Positions 1-12,242 of a stretch of 64,000 nucleotides of DNA are shown in pieces (position 1 is the first letter of the stretch; each line of letters begins with the position of its first letter). This stretch comes from Mobula hypostoma. Taxonomy: Eukaryota. The translations under genes were made by a program, and so were the position numbers. Location of the stretch: positions 14,510,001 to 14,574,000 of the forward strand of contig NC_086109.1 in assembly GCF_963921235.1 (NCBI RefSeq), read 5' to 3'. The notes below the pieces were generated by a model. That model searched no databases and was not told the DNA's origin. It saw only the letters and a list, made by a program, of their open reading frames with translations.

Positions 1-803
1 GTTTGTTGCGGCGTCCAAACTGGAGTTGGTGCTGCTCCCGCCCCCCTAGTATTCACTTGGCAGGAGACAAGCTGTTTTGTGTTCAATTGCAGACTGCTGC
101 AACTTTTATGGACAAAGGGTCTTGGACTATATTTGTTTTGGGTGACTGTATTTTACTGATATCTTACATGTGCTATATGTGCCTTGTGCTGTGTGTGACT
201 GCTGGTACTCTGTTTTATTCCTTGGCCCCAGAGTAATGCTGTTTTGTTTGGCACTGCTCGTGTATGGTTGAATGACAATTAACCATGAACTTGAACTTGA
301 ATGGAAAGGAACAAATAGTCGACATTATGAACCAAGACACTTCATCATGTGCTGATGAGGGTTCTCAGCCAAAAATATCAACTGTTCGTCCTCTCTGATT
401 GATGCTGCCTGAACTGGTGAATTCCACCAGCAGTTTATGTGTTGCTCGTGGTTAATTTATCTATTGTGAAACTGCGCCTGAATAAACAGAAAAAAGTAAG
501 ACAGTGCATATTTTTCAGCAATGATATAAGTGAGTAGACCTAGTCAGGGGTTCATTGATTGTTATTGTTTCTCTCTGCGTCTTGTGGCGCATTGGGCGGA
601 TATCTTGCCCGTTTCTTTACCTCTTGCCTGTTTTTTTTTACAAGGCCGAGTTGCTAGCTCGATGCTCAACCCAGCACGGATGGAACGTGTGCAAGGAGCC
701 AGCCAGATTCGAACCCAGGACCACTTGCCTCATAGTCCAGTGCGGATGTCACTACACCACCTGACGGCTATTTCATTGTTTGTGGCTCTGAGGTATACAT
801 CAC

Positions 804-919
804 CTGGTCAAGGGCACAGTCTGTATGCTTGCTGCTTCGTTCATTGCGTTGATCCAGTCTTCCATCTCTGACTTATTCTCCGCACTCAAGTAGTACGTCC
901 GAATACCTGTGTGCTCAGC
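804..919 (-). CDS. PLEKHA6: PLEKHA6-like coding exon, C-terminal part of the PH domain (AEHTGIRTYYLSAENKSEMEDWINAMNEAASIQTVPLT+AG)
   Basis: Acceptor tatcag| and donor |GTGATG; 116 nt, phase 0 to 2. Matches the PLEKHA6 PH C-terminus (AEHAGVRTYFFSAESPEEQEAWIQAMGEAA in human), including the conserved PH Trp. Confidence 0.93.
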
Positions 920-979
920 CTGATAATTAATGCAACGGTCATTACTGTGAATATTTTTCACCTGCCTGTTTATAATCAG
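920..979 (-). CDS. PLEKHA6: Alternative 3' splice-site extension, in-frame 20 aa (LIINRQVKNIHSNDRCINYQ), of the last PH exon
   Basis: Strong upstream acceptor (CT)n-cctacag| at 982-980; exactly 60 nt with no stop, in frame with exon 919-804. Confidence 0.65.
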
Positions 980-984
980 CTGTA

Positions 985-1007
985 GGAGAGAGAGAGAGAG
1001 AGAGAGG
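985..1007. repeat. (GA)n microsatellite that forms the polypyrimidine tract of the upstream acceptor
   Basis: Directly visible, adjacent to the cag at 982-980. Confidence 0.85.
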
Positions 1008-1472
1008 AGAAGTGTCATGACATGGTCAGATCATAAGGCTGCTCCAAAAATAAAGTTAAAACAGGAAAGAATCACAGCGAGGAGACAAGGCACCACTTCA
1101 GTATGCATTCTTGGGCTATGCTGCCCACAGATGGATAATGGCATCAACTCCAGAATCGTGTGGTTCACACACTGGCATCCTTACTGGTATCCTCACTGCC
1201 ACCTTAGATCCGGCAAATGGAAAGAGCTTGGCAAACTTGGGGCCCACTTCCAATAGCCAAACAACCATGTGGTCTAACTATGACTCACGATAGTGACCTT
1301 ACACTTGTAGTCACAGACCCAACCTGTGCTGGCTTTGGCCAACATCTTGTTCCAGTAACCCCTCAAGGAGGTGTCACCTTTGGTTTCCTCCTTCAGATCA
1401 GCCGGCTCCTGATGTTAAAAAGGATCAGGACTCCTTCAGCATGTCATTAAGAAACCTACCAGTGATGCCAAT

Positions 1473-1657
1473 CACAGACAAGAGAAAATCTGTATATGCT
1501 GGAACTCCGAGCAACACACACAAAATGCTGGAGGAACTCAGCAGGCCAGGCAGCACCCTGCTGAAGGGTTTCGGCCTGAAAAGTCAACTGTACTCTTTTC
1601 CATAGATGCTGTCTGGCCTGCCGAGTTCCTCCAGCGTTTTGTGAGAGTTGTGTGTGT
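1473..1657. mobile_element. Older palindromic Penelope-terminal insertion with a decayed hammerhead motif
   Basis: Imperfect inverted arms at about 1512-1555 and 1607-1650. Flanking similar 14-mers taccagtgatgcca and taccagtcattcca look like a decayed TSD. Confidence 0.65.
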
Positions 1658-3019
1658 TACCAGTCATTCCAGTTGTTGTTCTGTTAAGTGTCACCTCTGG
1701 AACTACAGTTAAGGTCAAGCCATGCACATAATTCTGGCAAGTTCGCTGATCTCTTACCTCAGTGCCTCAGAGGGGAACAAGAAGCTATTTTTACCAAGCA
1801 CTTCTCCCTCACTATCTGCAAAGGAAGGTTCCTTTTGTATACTGACACATAGTCAAAGTCAGTCTCTTTAATACGGATATTATTTCTTCTTTCCAATTTC
1901 TCCCCTTTTGCTGATTGCCGGACAGCAGCAAGCCGCAACGATTTCGGAAATCTATTCTCCAGAATCCAGCTGGAATAACTAATTTTGGGCAGTGGGGGGC
2001 TGTTTGACCACAGGAGGAACCATATCCCTGAACAGTCCTAGCAGGAATCGCTGGATAATGAGCAGCAGCAGAATTCCAGGTTGCTCAGTCCAGAGACATT
2101 TCTTGCATTCATAATTTTTAATTCTGCACTGCGACCTCTCCATGACATCAGACAATAGCATTGCCATTTCTAAAATATATATATGAAATTAATTAAATGT
2201 AGAAAAAAATATGCAACTATGAAAATGCATCAAACCATGAAATGAATGGATGCAAGACGTTAAGAAATGCAGGACGTTTCTCATTTCTTGAAGCATGAGG
2301 CCAGCTGGTTTGAAACGTAAATTAAATGCAGCTTTGAAATGCATCCATTAACTGAAGGGCAGCTTTAGACATTTATATTCTTCAAGAACATGTCTTGGGT
2401 AGTTTGTGAAATCAGGGAACTTATTTTCCAGGCTTTTTCTTCATAAAATCAGGCAAGGTTTGGACAAGGAGCCAGAATTTATACAGGTTCCAAGACCTGT
2501 GAGTTTGTGCCATATTACCCATTAAGAACTTTTGGTCAAGTGTTTCCAGGCCACAGGCCTTGCAATGTTGCCTCTTCTGAGGCCGAACTTGGGAAAGAGA
2601 CAGACGTCGAGCATCTCCAAGCAAAGTATTTCTGCAGCAGCAAGCTGCTGTGGGTATAAAGGAGCCCAGATACCATATTGAACTTGATCATTGGAAGCAT
2701 CGCATACTCAAGACCACCACTGTACAACAACTGAAACTTGAATTTATACAGCACCCTTAACATTATTAAACACATGGAAGTAACAAAGAAGATCAGACAC
2801 CGGGTTGCATAAGTGAGATACACAAGTCACAAAGAACTTGGTCAGTCAAAGGAACGGATGTCGAGAGATTTAAGGAAGATATTCCAAAAGTTTTGATGCT
2901 GATCGCTGAAGGAATTGGCTGCTGATTTTTCAGCAGACAAACCTGATGAGGACTGAGACACTAGAGTTGGGGTTGACCAGATTCATCTGAGCTGTGACTA
3001 GCCCAGTCTACCCCTGGGC

Positions 3020-3480
3020 TCACTATCCATCCTCGCCATCTGCCTCTCACCACAGATTCCTCCCTCTCCACTGCCCATTTCTAACAACATCCTTCCTCTC
3101 CAATGCCCATCACTCACAGACTCCCCCCTCTCCATCTGCTCATCACCTACAGATTCCTCCCTCTCCATCTGTGCATCACTAACAACCTCCTCCCTCTGCA
3201 CCTGCCCATCACCCAGAGATTCCTCCTTCTTCATCTGCCCATCTCTAACAACCTCCTTCCTCTCCAACGCCCATCACCCACAGACTCCTCCCACTCCATC
3301 TGTCCATCACCCACAGACTCACAGTCTCCTCCCTCTGCATCCGTCCATCACCTGCAGACTCCTCCCTCTCCATCTGCCCATCACTAACAACCTCCTCCCT
3401 CGCTATATGCCCATCACCCAGACTCTTTCTTCTCTATCATTTCATCACCCACCTACTACTCCCTTTCCATCTGCCAATCA
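3020..3480. repeat. Degenerate tandem repeat of about 30-35 bp (CCTCCCTCTCCATCTGCCCATCACCCACAGA-like)
   Basis: About a dozen diverged units are visible, inside a C/T-rich Penelope-like end that is also interrupted by a SINE. Confidence 0.8.
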
Positions 3481-3653
3481 TCCATAGGCTTCTCCCATTG
3501 TTTCCACTCGGCCCTCCCCACCTCCCTCTCTTTATTCCCTGCTCCACCTTCCTTTCCCATCTGACTCTACCATCTTTGGGCATTTGTCACTTCTACCTGT
3601 CACCTCCCAGCTTCTTGCCCCACTCTCCCCAACCCCATCTGCCAATCACCCAA

Positions 3654-3946
3654 GCACGATAGCGTAGTGGTTAGCACGACGCTATCGCAACTTGGGGTGT
3701 TGGTGTTCAGAGTTCAATCCCAGCATCCTCTATAAGGAGTTTGCAGGCACTCCCCGTTGAGTGCATCGTTTTCTCCGGGTGCTCTGGTTTCCTCCCACAG
3801 TTCAAAGACGTAGCAGTTAGTAAGTCAATTGGTCATTGTAAAGTGATCCATGATTAGGCTAGGGTTAAACCAAGGGTTAGCACAGCTCGAAGGGCCAAAG
3901 GTCCTGTTCCACGCTATACCTCCAAGTAAATATATAAGTAAATAAA
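3654..3946 (+). mobile_element. tRNA-derived V-SINE (HE1-like)
   Basis: A/B-box-like head (tagcgtagtggttagc...gttcaatcc) and V-domain core ...ccgggtgctctggtttcctcccacag..caaagac; (taaa)n tail. Copies at about 9593-9856, 35395-35690, 42505-42745, 46880-47500 and 48659-48960. Confidence 0.75.
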
Positions 3947-4838
3947 AACAACTCACCTATCACCAGCAAACTCTTGATCCACCCCTTCCATCCATCTTTA
4001 TTTACTGGCCGTCTCCCCGCTACCTTTCAGCCAGATGAAGGGACTCAACTCAAAATGCGAACTGGCTATTTCCCTTTATACCTAACCCACTGAGTTCTTC
4101 CAGCGGTTCGTGTGCAGCTATCCCTGGGCACATGCTCACTATTGACCCTTGTGTGAAATGGCAGCCCTCACTCGCTGACCCACTTTGGTAGCGGGTTAAG
4201 CGGCACCTTGCTCTCTCTTGCAGTTCAATTGCTGGCCTCATTCCTTCTCCTCCCTAATTCCCTCCAGCTCCGCTTCATTCTAAGTTATTCCTTCTCATCC
4301 ATTTCTAACTGAAGTGTCCCTGAATTTAATTCAAAAGTGAACAAAAACCTGTTCACACTGGAAACTGGAAATAAATATACAGGGGATACTGAGGAGCTTA
4401 TGCTAAAGCAGTTCTGATGAGGTGCCACACACCAGCAGAATTAATTTGGTGCCTCTCCAATGATGCTACTTGATCTGTTCAATATCCTGTGCATTTTCTG
4501 CTTTCATTCCTGAATTTGCCCCTCCCACTATTAGATGCCAACCCTTCAACTGTCAAAGCCTACAGGCTCAGGAATTTTCTATGTCCAAGTCATCTGCTTG
4601 AATTGCTTTATGGAGCTCAAGTCAAATGCTCTTTTGTAACACTCCATGAAGATTGTTGGGACTTTTTTTCTTTGTTAAGGGTGCAATATAAATCTGTTAC
4701 AGTTGAGGTCTAAACAGAACAGGCTGGAGTTGGATCACCAAACAGTTATCCAGCACTGCAACAAAAGCCAATAGGAATATAACATCAGTGACTCTTATGA
4801 AGATTGTTTTATTCAAGTATCAGTCCTATGGTCTAGAG

Positions 4839-4918
4839 CAAGGGTTCCCAAGCTGGAGTCCATGGACCCCTTGGTTACTGGTAAGGGTCCATGGCATAAA
4901 AAAAGTTGGGAACCCCTG
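4839..4918. mobile_element. 80-bp hAT-type MITE
   Basis: TIRs CAAGGGTTCCCAA...TTGGGAACCCCTG; 8-bp TSD gtctagag/gtctggag. Other copies at about 5088-5168, 42772-42852 and 45357-45435. Confidence 0.75.
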
Positions 4919-5726
4919 GTCTGGAGGGTCTAAAATAGTGTTGGAACAAGTGGTGGCTGGCAATTGGATTCAGAAACATTCCAATGAACTTGGGTGCCTA
5001 ATAGTTAATTCAGAAGATTGTGAAGGACACAATCCCTTTGGCCTGAATTTTACTGAAAACGTATCAACGGGACATTAAGCATTTACTACAGTGGTTCCCA
5101 ACATGAGGTCCATGGACACCTTGCTTAACGATATTGGCCCATGGCATAAAAAAGATTGAGTACCCCTGCTCTACAGTTGTAGACTCTGCAACATTAACAT
5201 TGTTTCTCTGTCTCCTCAGATGCTGCTGGATTTGCCGAGTATCACCAGCAATTTCTGTTTCGGTTCTGGAATGCTGTGCACGACAACCTTCTGCTGGTTT
5301 TGGAGGACAGCGTCTGTGTTTTGTCATGACTTGAGAGGTATGTCTATTTGTTTTCACCCCAGTTTATTGAAAGAACAGTAAACTGTACCTAGCTGAACTC
5401 TTGTAGAAATTCAAGACAGCATCAATGCAGACGCTTCTGGTGCAGGGGGTCCTCATCCGGAAGGGGAAAAGATAAAACATCAGGTCAACCACCAAAGCTT
5501 AGCGTCAAGAATTACTACACTGACAGGCTAGACAAGACTGGAGCAATGTTTCTTTTTTTTTTAATCCCCAAGCTTTTTAGTACTCAGGGTACAATTTAAT
5601 TAATATATAGCATGTTTTGAAAAAACAATGAGCTATTTTTCTTATAAAGGTTATTTTCTCCCTTTTACCACCATGCTCCCCATCACCAGCTGATACCAGG
5701 CTGAGAGCTTTCATCTCTGAAGGCTG

Positions 5727-5784
5727 GTTGCTAGGAAACCAGGGCTATTGGCTCTCATTGGGCATTTTCCTGGAGGCTTCGTCA
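5727..5784. promoter_or_regulatory. Candidate intronic regulatory module: RFX X-box, two CCAAT boxes and a half-CRE
   Basis: GTTGCTAGGAAAC 5727-5739, ATTGG 5747-5751 and 5757-5761, CGTCA 5780-5784, all in non-repeat sequence. Confidence 0.35.
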
Positions 5785-8130
5785 CATGGCATCTCATCTC
5801 CAACCACTTCAAACTGCGATTTATCCTCATTCATTCTACGACCAAACTGAGGATTTGGGTTAATGGATTAGAATTTGGCTATGACCTGCTGCATTGTGCT
5901 GCAGATTAATTTTAAAGTCCTTGAGTGTTGACAAGCCTGTCAGGTTTTGTTTGGAATTCTGTATTACAGGTGATTCATGTAAAGCCAAGATGAGTGAGTG
6001 TTTGCTGGGGTGGAGAGGTGATATTAAATAAAATGAATGCAAACCCTGTAAAATATTCTAAAGACAGCCAGAAGCATGAGTGATTGGTTCAAAGTCTGTG
6101 GGTATTTATTTCAGAAATAAAATGCACTTGGCACACAGTTGGTGCCGTGAGTTATTGGGGATTGATAATACAATGCCACTGTTATGAATTACCCATTCTC
6201 TCTTGAATCCCATGAAACGATCGTCTGCTTCAAGAAAGACGTGCCCAAGTGAATTCTTCTGTATGGTTCTGAACACCTGACGTCACACATCAAACACACT
6301 GCACCAGAAAGGTGTCTTCCTCTCATAACCAATGGCTTGGAGAAAGTCCAAATAAAAAGTGGAGGGTGGGGCATCGGTGGTGAGGGGATAGAACTGGTGA
6401 GGCTGAAGTTAGAGGATTTGAGGGGAGAGTAGGGGAAAGCAGGATATGAGACAGCGTGAGAGAAATGAGTCGAGGTTGGGGAGAAACAGGATTGGAGAGT
6501 ATTTGGGAAGGAGAAGGAGAGGAGGAAGGAACAAGATGGTTTGAAGGTGGAGGAGAAAAGATTCGAGAAGGAAGGGGTTTGTGGGAGAAAATGAGAACCG
6601 AAGGTAAAATGGGTGAGAAAAATAAGATGAGAAGGAAGACTGGGCAAGAACTTTGTTAAGCCTTCGAAGCACACAGTCATCTTGCACTCAAAGACCAGAC
6701 ACACCTTCCAGAACACAAACAGGGTTTCCAGCCACTGGAGAGCTTTTCTACAGTCACACCTATGACACGGGCCTGGTTCAGTTGGGTGCTAAGAAATCTT
6801 TTGATGTTGTCTTTAGAAACAAATGGTTGGGGGTCGATTAATTGCAGACAGTGCACTAGGTTCATATTAAATCCTTGCTTGGACTAAGTCTATTCCAACT
6901 ACTGGAAGATACCAAATCCCTGAATGATTGTCGAGGTGTCACAGGAGAAGCATCCAGGAGCCTTAAGTTGGCCAAAAGCACGCAGGTGTGAACCCAATTG
7001 CTCCAATCTTGCTACTTCTGTCCTACTCAAATATAAAACTATGAATTATCAGGTTAGGAGAATCACTACTTCTCACCTATCATCCACTCTCACCTCTGAG
7101 AGCCCACCTAGTCACTGGTTTTAAGGGGGCTACAGAGAATGAGCACGTTGTTCGAGAGACTGAATTGGCACTTCAGTGAAATCTGGATACACATGGACAG
7201 TAGGGGTCTGGAAGCTTATGGTCTAGGTGCAGGTCAATTAGACTAGGCAGAATAATGGTTCAGAACAGACTAGATGGGCCAAAGAACCTGTTTCAGTGAC
7301 TCACAGTTAACCCTTGGGTTATATCACAACTCTTCAGGTTATGGTTCAGATTCTCCAAAACAGTAATTTCTTCACGATTGAAAATTAGGTTTTACCTCTC
7401 AAAGAGAGAATGAGACTGTGAGCTTTTGCAAGAAGGAGTTCAGATGGAAGTTCGATGTCTGGATCTATGAAAGGAAGAGTCTTCACCCTTGACCTCTCCC
7501 AGATATGGAAGTGTTTGTATTTCTACTGCGCAGATTCCGGACATTTAACATTTTGGTTTAGATCCCTTCACTTCACTTGTGAGGCCAATTCCATCTTCAC
7601 CACAGTTCAGGAGACCATGTTGCAGATCTCCTCCATGCAATGAGATTGTGGCCACATTCTTGCAAAACAACTTTGCCACACAGTACACAGACAGTCTCCT
7701 CACAAACAAGGAAAACAAAACACCTCTGACACAAACACCACACAAGTACATAGCTACAGACAGACACATACACACAATAGACAGACAGCATATCATTGTC
7801 ACCCAGGATTAGTGTGTTAGTGTCTATCTCTATAGTCCATGTTTTGTTCAACTACTTCTATTGACAGTCGACAGGCAAGTGTAGATGAAAATGCTTAACT
7901 TTAAACCACAGCATATTGGGCTTCAATAGATCAAAGGACTGAGCTAAATTGAAAAATTAGTTTGAAGAAAAACTGGGGAAATGATAAGATCTCTGCCCTT
8001 CCATGACAGCCTCTGTGTATTTGCATCATGGATGTACGTGGGCAAGTGGACACAGGAACAGAAGTAGGCAACTCAGCCTCGTGAATATATTCCTACGTTC
8101 AATGGATAGTGACCAATTGTACCTTGGCAT

Positions 8131-8622
8131 AATAGGATAGATGCAGAAGCTTTAGAGAGGGTGCAGAGAAGATTTACCAAGACGCTATCTGGAAGGCTTA
8201 TGAGGATAGGTTGAGCGAGCTAGGACTTTTCACTTCAGAGAGTAGGAATGATGAGAGGTGATTTGAAAGAGGTGTACAAGATGATAAGAGGCGTAGATCA
8301 AGTGGACAGCCAGAGACCTTTTCCCTGGGATGGAAATGGCTAATACATGGGATAGAGCTTCAAGGTGTCGGGAGGAAAATATAGTGAGGGATGTCAGAGG
8401 CAGGGTTGCTTTTTTTCTTTTACACAGACAGTGGTGGATGCATGAAACATGCTGTCTGGAGTGGTGGCATTAGGGACATTTAAGAGACTCTTCGATAGGC
8501 ACAGGAATGAAAGAAAAGATGGAGCGCTATGTGGGAGGGAAGGATCAGATTGATCTTGGATCAGGTGATAGGGTCAGCACAACATCATGAGCCAAAGGGC
8601 CTTTACTAGGCGGTACTGTTCT
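8131..8622 (+). mobile_element. CR1 LINE 3' fragment
   Basis: LERVQRRFT...LIEVYKMIRGVD-type region and CR1 3' end. Related fragments at about 12243-12745, 13433-13890, 21200-21645, 22035-22530 (-), 23555-23945 and 50320-51010. Confidence 0.8.
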
Positions 8623-9592
8623 ATAACCCAACCCCCAAGATGTATTTTTAGGCAGATGGGAGATACTTTTGAATAGGTTTCAAAATTACACTCTTGACAG
8701 AAGTTTAGACTCACAAATCTAAAAAAAATACATGGAAACCCTTTTCTTCTCCACATCACTGAGAAAAAGGCGGCTCTGAAGAAATGCCTTACTCTTTTTC
8801 CCCTCTCTTGCAGATGCTGACCCATGTCTGCCTATCCCTCAAGGGTGGAAGGGTTGAGATGTGAGGTAAGAAACCAGAGGAGGGCATTACTCCAGGGTTC
8901 CTGTGCAGGGACAATAACTTTGGCAAGCTCATGTGTAATCCACAGAATGTTTTATCAACACTAAGTCACTTAAAGAAGAATGCATTTGCACTGTAATTTA
9001 GAATTTAGTCAAGAAGATCAGAGTGTTTCATATAGAATAATAGATAACAAAGAACAGGTTAAAGACTGGAATCTAATCCAAGGTCTTAATATGTAGGTTA
9101 ATGAATGCCCAGGAGCCAATTACAGCCTGCAATCCAAACCAATGGATTCCAATACATTTGCACACACATGGTGTGAATTACCAGATTGCAGGGTTAAGAT
9201 AAATAAACTGAGAGAGTCATTTATAGTTACGAGATTTGATTGGTGTTTTGACATCAGTTCACATTGCCTATTTTTTGTTTCAAATCTCTACGGCCCACTT
9301 TATTTCACAACATTCCTTGCTCTATATCTACAGTGACTCAAAGTGCAAAGGTCTGGAGTGCATTCCATTTCCCTGATCAGTGGCCACACAGATAGACTAA
9401 TGATTGTATGTTAAGTATTTCTGGAGATCTAGATCTCTCCCATATATTGACAAATAAATGGCACGCTAAACCTCCATGTTTTAACAGGGAGTTTCTCAGG
9501 GCATATTTTCTTTTTAAAGAAAATACAGGGACAAGTGTTTAAAATAAGCCAAAGACCCCCTGTGAGGGGAAATGCTGGGGAGAGTCCAACAC

Positions 9593-9856
9593 TAACATAG
9601 TGGTCAGCACAACACTTTACAGTACGGGCAACCCGGGTTCAATTCTCACCGCTGTCTGTAAGGAGTTTGTATGTTCTCACCGTGACTGCATGGATTTTCT
9701 CCAGGTGCTCCGATTTCCTCCCACAGTCGAAAGATGTACCAATTGGTAGGTTAATTGGTCACTGGGAACTGTCCCATGATTAGCATAGCATTAATTTGGG
9801 GGTTTCCTGGGTGGTGCGGCTTGAAGGGCCACAAGGGCCTACCCGATAAATAAACA
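9593..9856 (+). mobile_element. tRNA-derived V-SINE
   Basis: gggttcaattc B box and gtttgtatgttctc.ccgtgactgc...ggtgctccgatttcctcccacagtc.aaaga core. Confidence 0.75.
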
Positions 9857-11384
9857 AATTGTCACAATTAATCAGCCGCCAAGCTTTCAGACAAGCCTGA
9901 AAAATTATGAAAAGCAAAGCAATGCAGCAAGCGGGATTGTATTGATCAGGAACTGGCATCTATTAATTAGGCCATATTGTAAAAAGCAAGGTGATGTGGT
10001 TCAATATCGCAAAATGGCTGCTGTTTCCAGAGAAAAAACTCAAAGGTGTGCTTGTATGATTGGTGCACCTGAAGGTCACTGGTTCATCAGCTGACCTGCT
10101 GGAAACCTAGTTTTCAAAGGGAGGAGGAGATTGAATTGCCCACCTTCCCCTATATTTTGAATTTTCAGTACAAAGTTAAGGAAATTAGATATGTTCAGAT
10201 GTGGTGCCACTTTGTGATTGATGAAGGAAACAAAGACAAAAACCAACTTAAGACATTGAAACAGATGACAAATAAGACATGGACAATAGATTGAGAAACA
10301 ACACTAAACTTAACAGTCAAGTAGTGATCTCTGAGATACGTGGTCTTTGCAGAGAAGGATCATATCTCCCACAATCACATTGGAAATCTTAGATTCTCAG
10401 CTCTGCTTGGTTGCATTCCTGGATATTTCATCACATGATCTCTTGGCATGACCAAACCTACACTTTTGAACCACCACACAGTCATCACATTGGTTCACCC
10501 TCAACATGCCTAATCAGGAAGATCTGTAACACATGGATTAACTTTGATTATTATTAAGGCAGTCTTTCTGCTGCATTGTCATCTTCAATAAATAGAAGTG
10601 TTCAAAGAGAAAGGAAATTTTACTCAGCTCTCTGATCATCTTAGCACAACCTGAAGATTAATTTTCAGTTCCTAGGGAAGGATCAGCAACGCCAGTGACA
10701 TTATCTTCTAACAGCTTACATTTATCGTTCAGAGGACGTGAGAGTAGTGGCAACAGCCCGGTCCCTCACTGGCACAGCCCTCCCCAATGTCTACAAGAGG
10801 TGCTTCCACAAGAAGGCAGCATGTGTCAGCAAGGATTTCACTGTCTAGGCCACATCTTCTTCTTCCTGCCACTCCACCAGGTTTCAGGAAAAACCTTTTT
10901 TCCTACATCTACTGGGTTCTTGAACTGACCTTCAGAACCCTAATCCTACCTCAGCAACAGAGCACCACAGACCACCTGTTGCACCACCATGGACTTGTGT
11001 TCTGACTGTGTTTCTTTACACCAGGATTTTTACCCCCCCCCCCACTCTCTAACGTAATTTAATCTGTCGATACCTACATGCCCATGATGCTACCGCATGA
11101 AATTTTTAAATTCTGCTTGCACCTTGCCACAATTGTTTACATGACAGCAAACTTAACATAATTGCCCATCTCCTGAATTTAGTGCCCGAGGTGCAGTTAA
11201 CAGTCAACCACTTCACAGTGTGGGTCTGCAGTCTCACTTAGACTGGATTAAGCAAGGGAGCCAGACTTGCTTCTCTGGTAGACATTAGTTAGCTTTTTTT
11301 TTAAATGACGATCTGTTTGCATCAGAGTGCTCAGACACCTCCAAGACTATTACAGCAAATGAAATAGTTCCTCGCTCATCTCAT

Positions 11385-11898
11385 CCATGGCTTCTTCCAC
11401 TGCCACAATGAGGCCACTCTCAGGTTGGAGGAATAACACCTCATATTCCATCAGTGTAGCCTCCAACTAGCCAGAATGAGCATCGATTTCTCCAACTTCT
11501 GGTAACTTCTCCCCCCTTCCCCTTTTCGCCCTTTTCAATTCCCATTTTGGCTCCTGTCATCTGCCTATCACCTTCCTCCAGTACCCCTTCTCCTTCCATT
11601 TCTCCATGGTTCACTCTCCAATCACATTCCTTCTTCTTAAGACCTTCACCTTTTCCATCTATCGCATCCCAGATTTCCATTTCGTCTCCCCTCCCACACC
11701 TACCCAACTTGTCCCCTCGCCTGGCCTCACCTATCAAGAGCTAGTTGTACTCTTTCCCCTTCCACACCTTTTTATCCTGGCTTCTTCTCTCTTCCTTTCC
11801 AGTCCTGATGAAGGGTCTTGGCTGGAAACACCAACTGTTTATTCATTCACGTAAATGCTGCCTGACCTGCTAGGTTCATCCAGCATTTTGTGTGTGTT
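11385..11898 (+). mobile_element. Penelope 3' remnant with hammerhead-like motif (11801-11836)
   Basis: tgccacaatgaggccactctcaggttggagga (HNEATLRLEE), C/T tract, agtcCTGATGAagggtcttggctgGAAAC, then ...ccagcattttgtgtgtg. Confidence 0.75.
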
Positions 11899-12242
11899 AA
11901 ATAGTTCCAGAAATTTTATTTAACTAATTGAATTTCATTTTCTTCACTTCTGTGGTGGGAATTGAATTCTATGGATCAATAGTCCAGACTTCTGGGGACG
12001 TGTACTGTAACATAGTCACTGTGCTGCTGAATCAGGCAAATTGTAAACGGGAATTTGATCAATAGAGGGAATTTTTGACAGGGTTCAAGGAGACTCTGCA
12101 ATACTGATTTTGTAAACACTTGGCTGTAGAACTGAAGATTGTTTATGTGGGATAGTGCCAAGTTCACCATGCAGAACACCCCAAGCCCACAGAGCTGCCA
12201 AACTATTCTCATCCAACCACTCAACACTTTGATTGCCTACCT

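Noticed and set aside
1758..2167. Coding exon ending at the strong donor GAG|GTAAGA (about 1758, minus)
   Set aside because: Stops or no ATG in the usable frames and no family similarity; at most a non-coding exon.
6189..6716. 175-aa Phe/Ser/Pro-rich ORF
   Set aside because: Low-complexity pyrimidine-rich strand with no homology recognised.
7395..7802. Unique-looking segment with short ORFs
   Set aside because: No recognisable domain and no consistent splice or phase fit to the gene.
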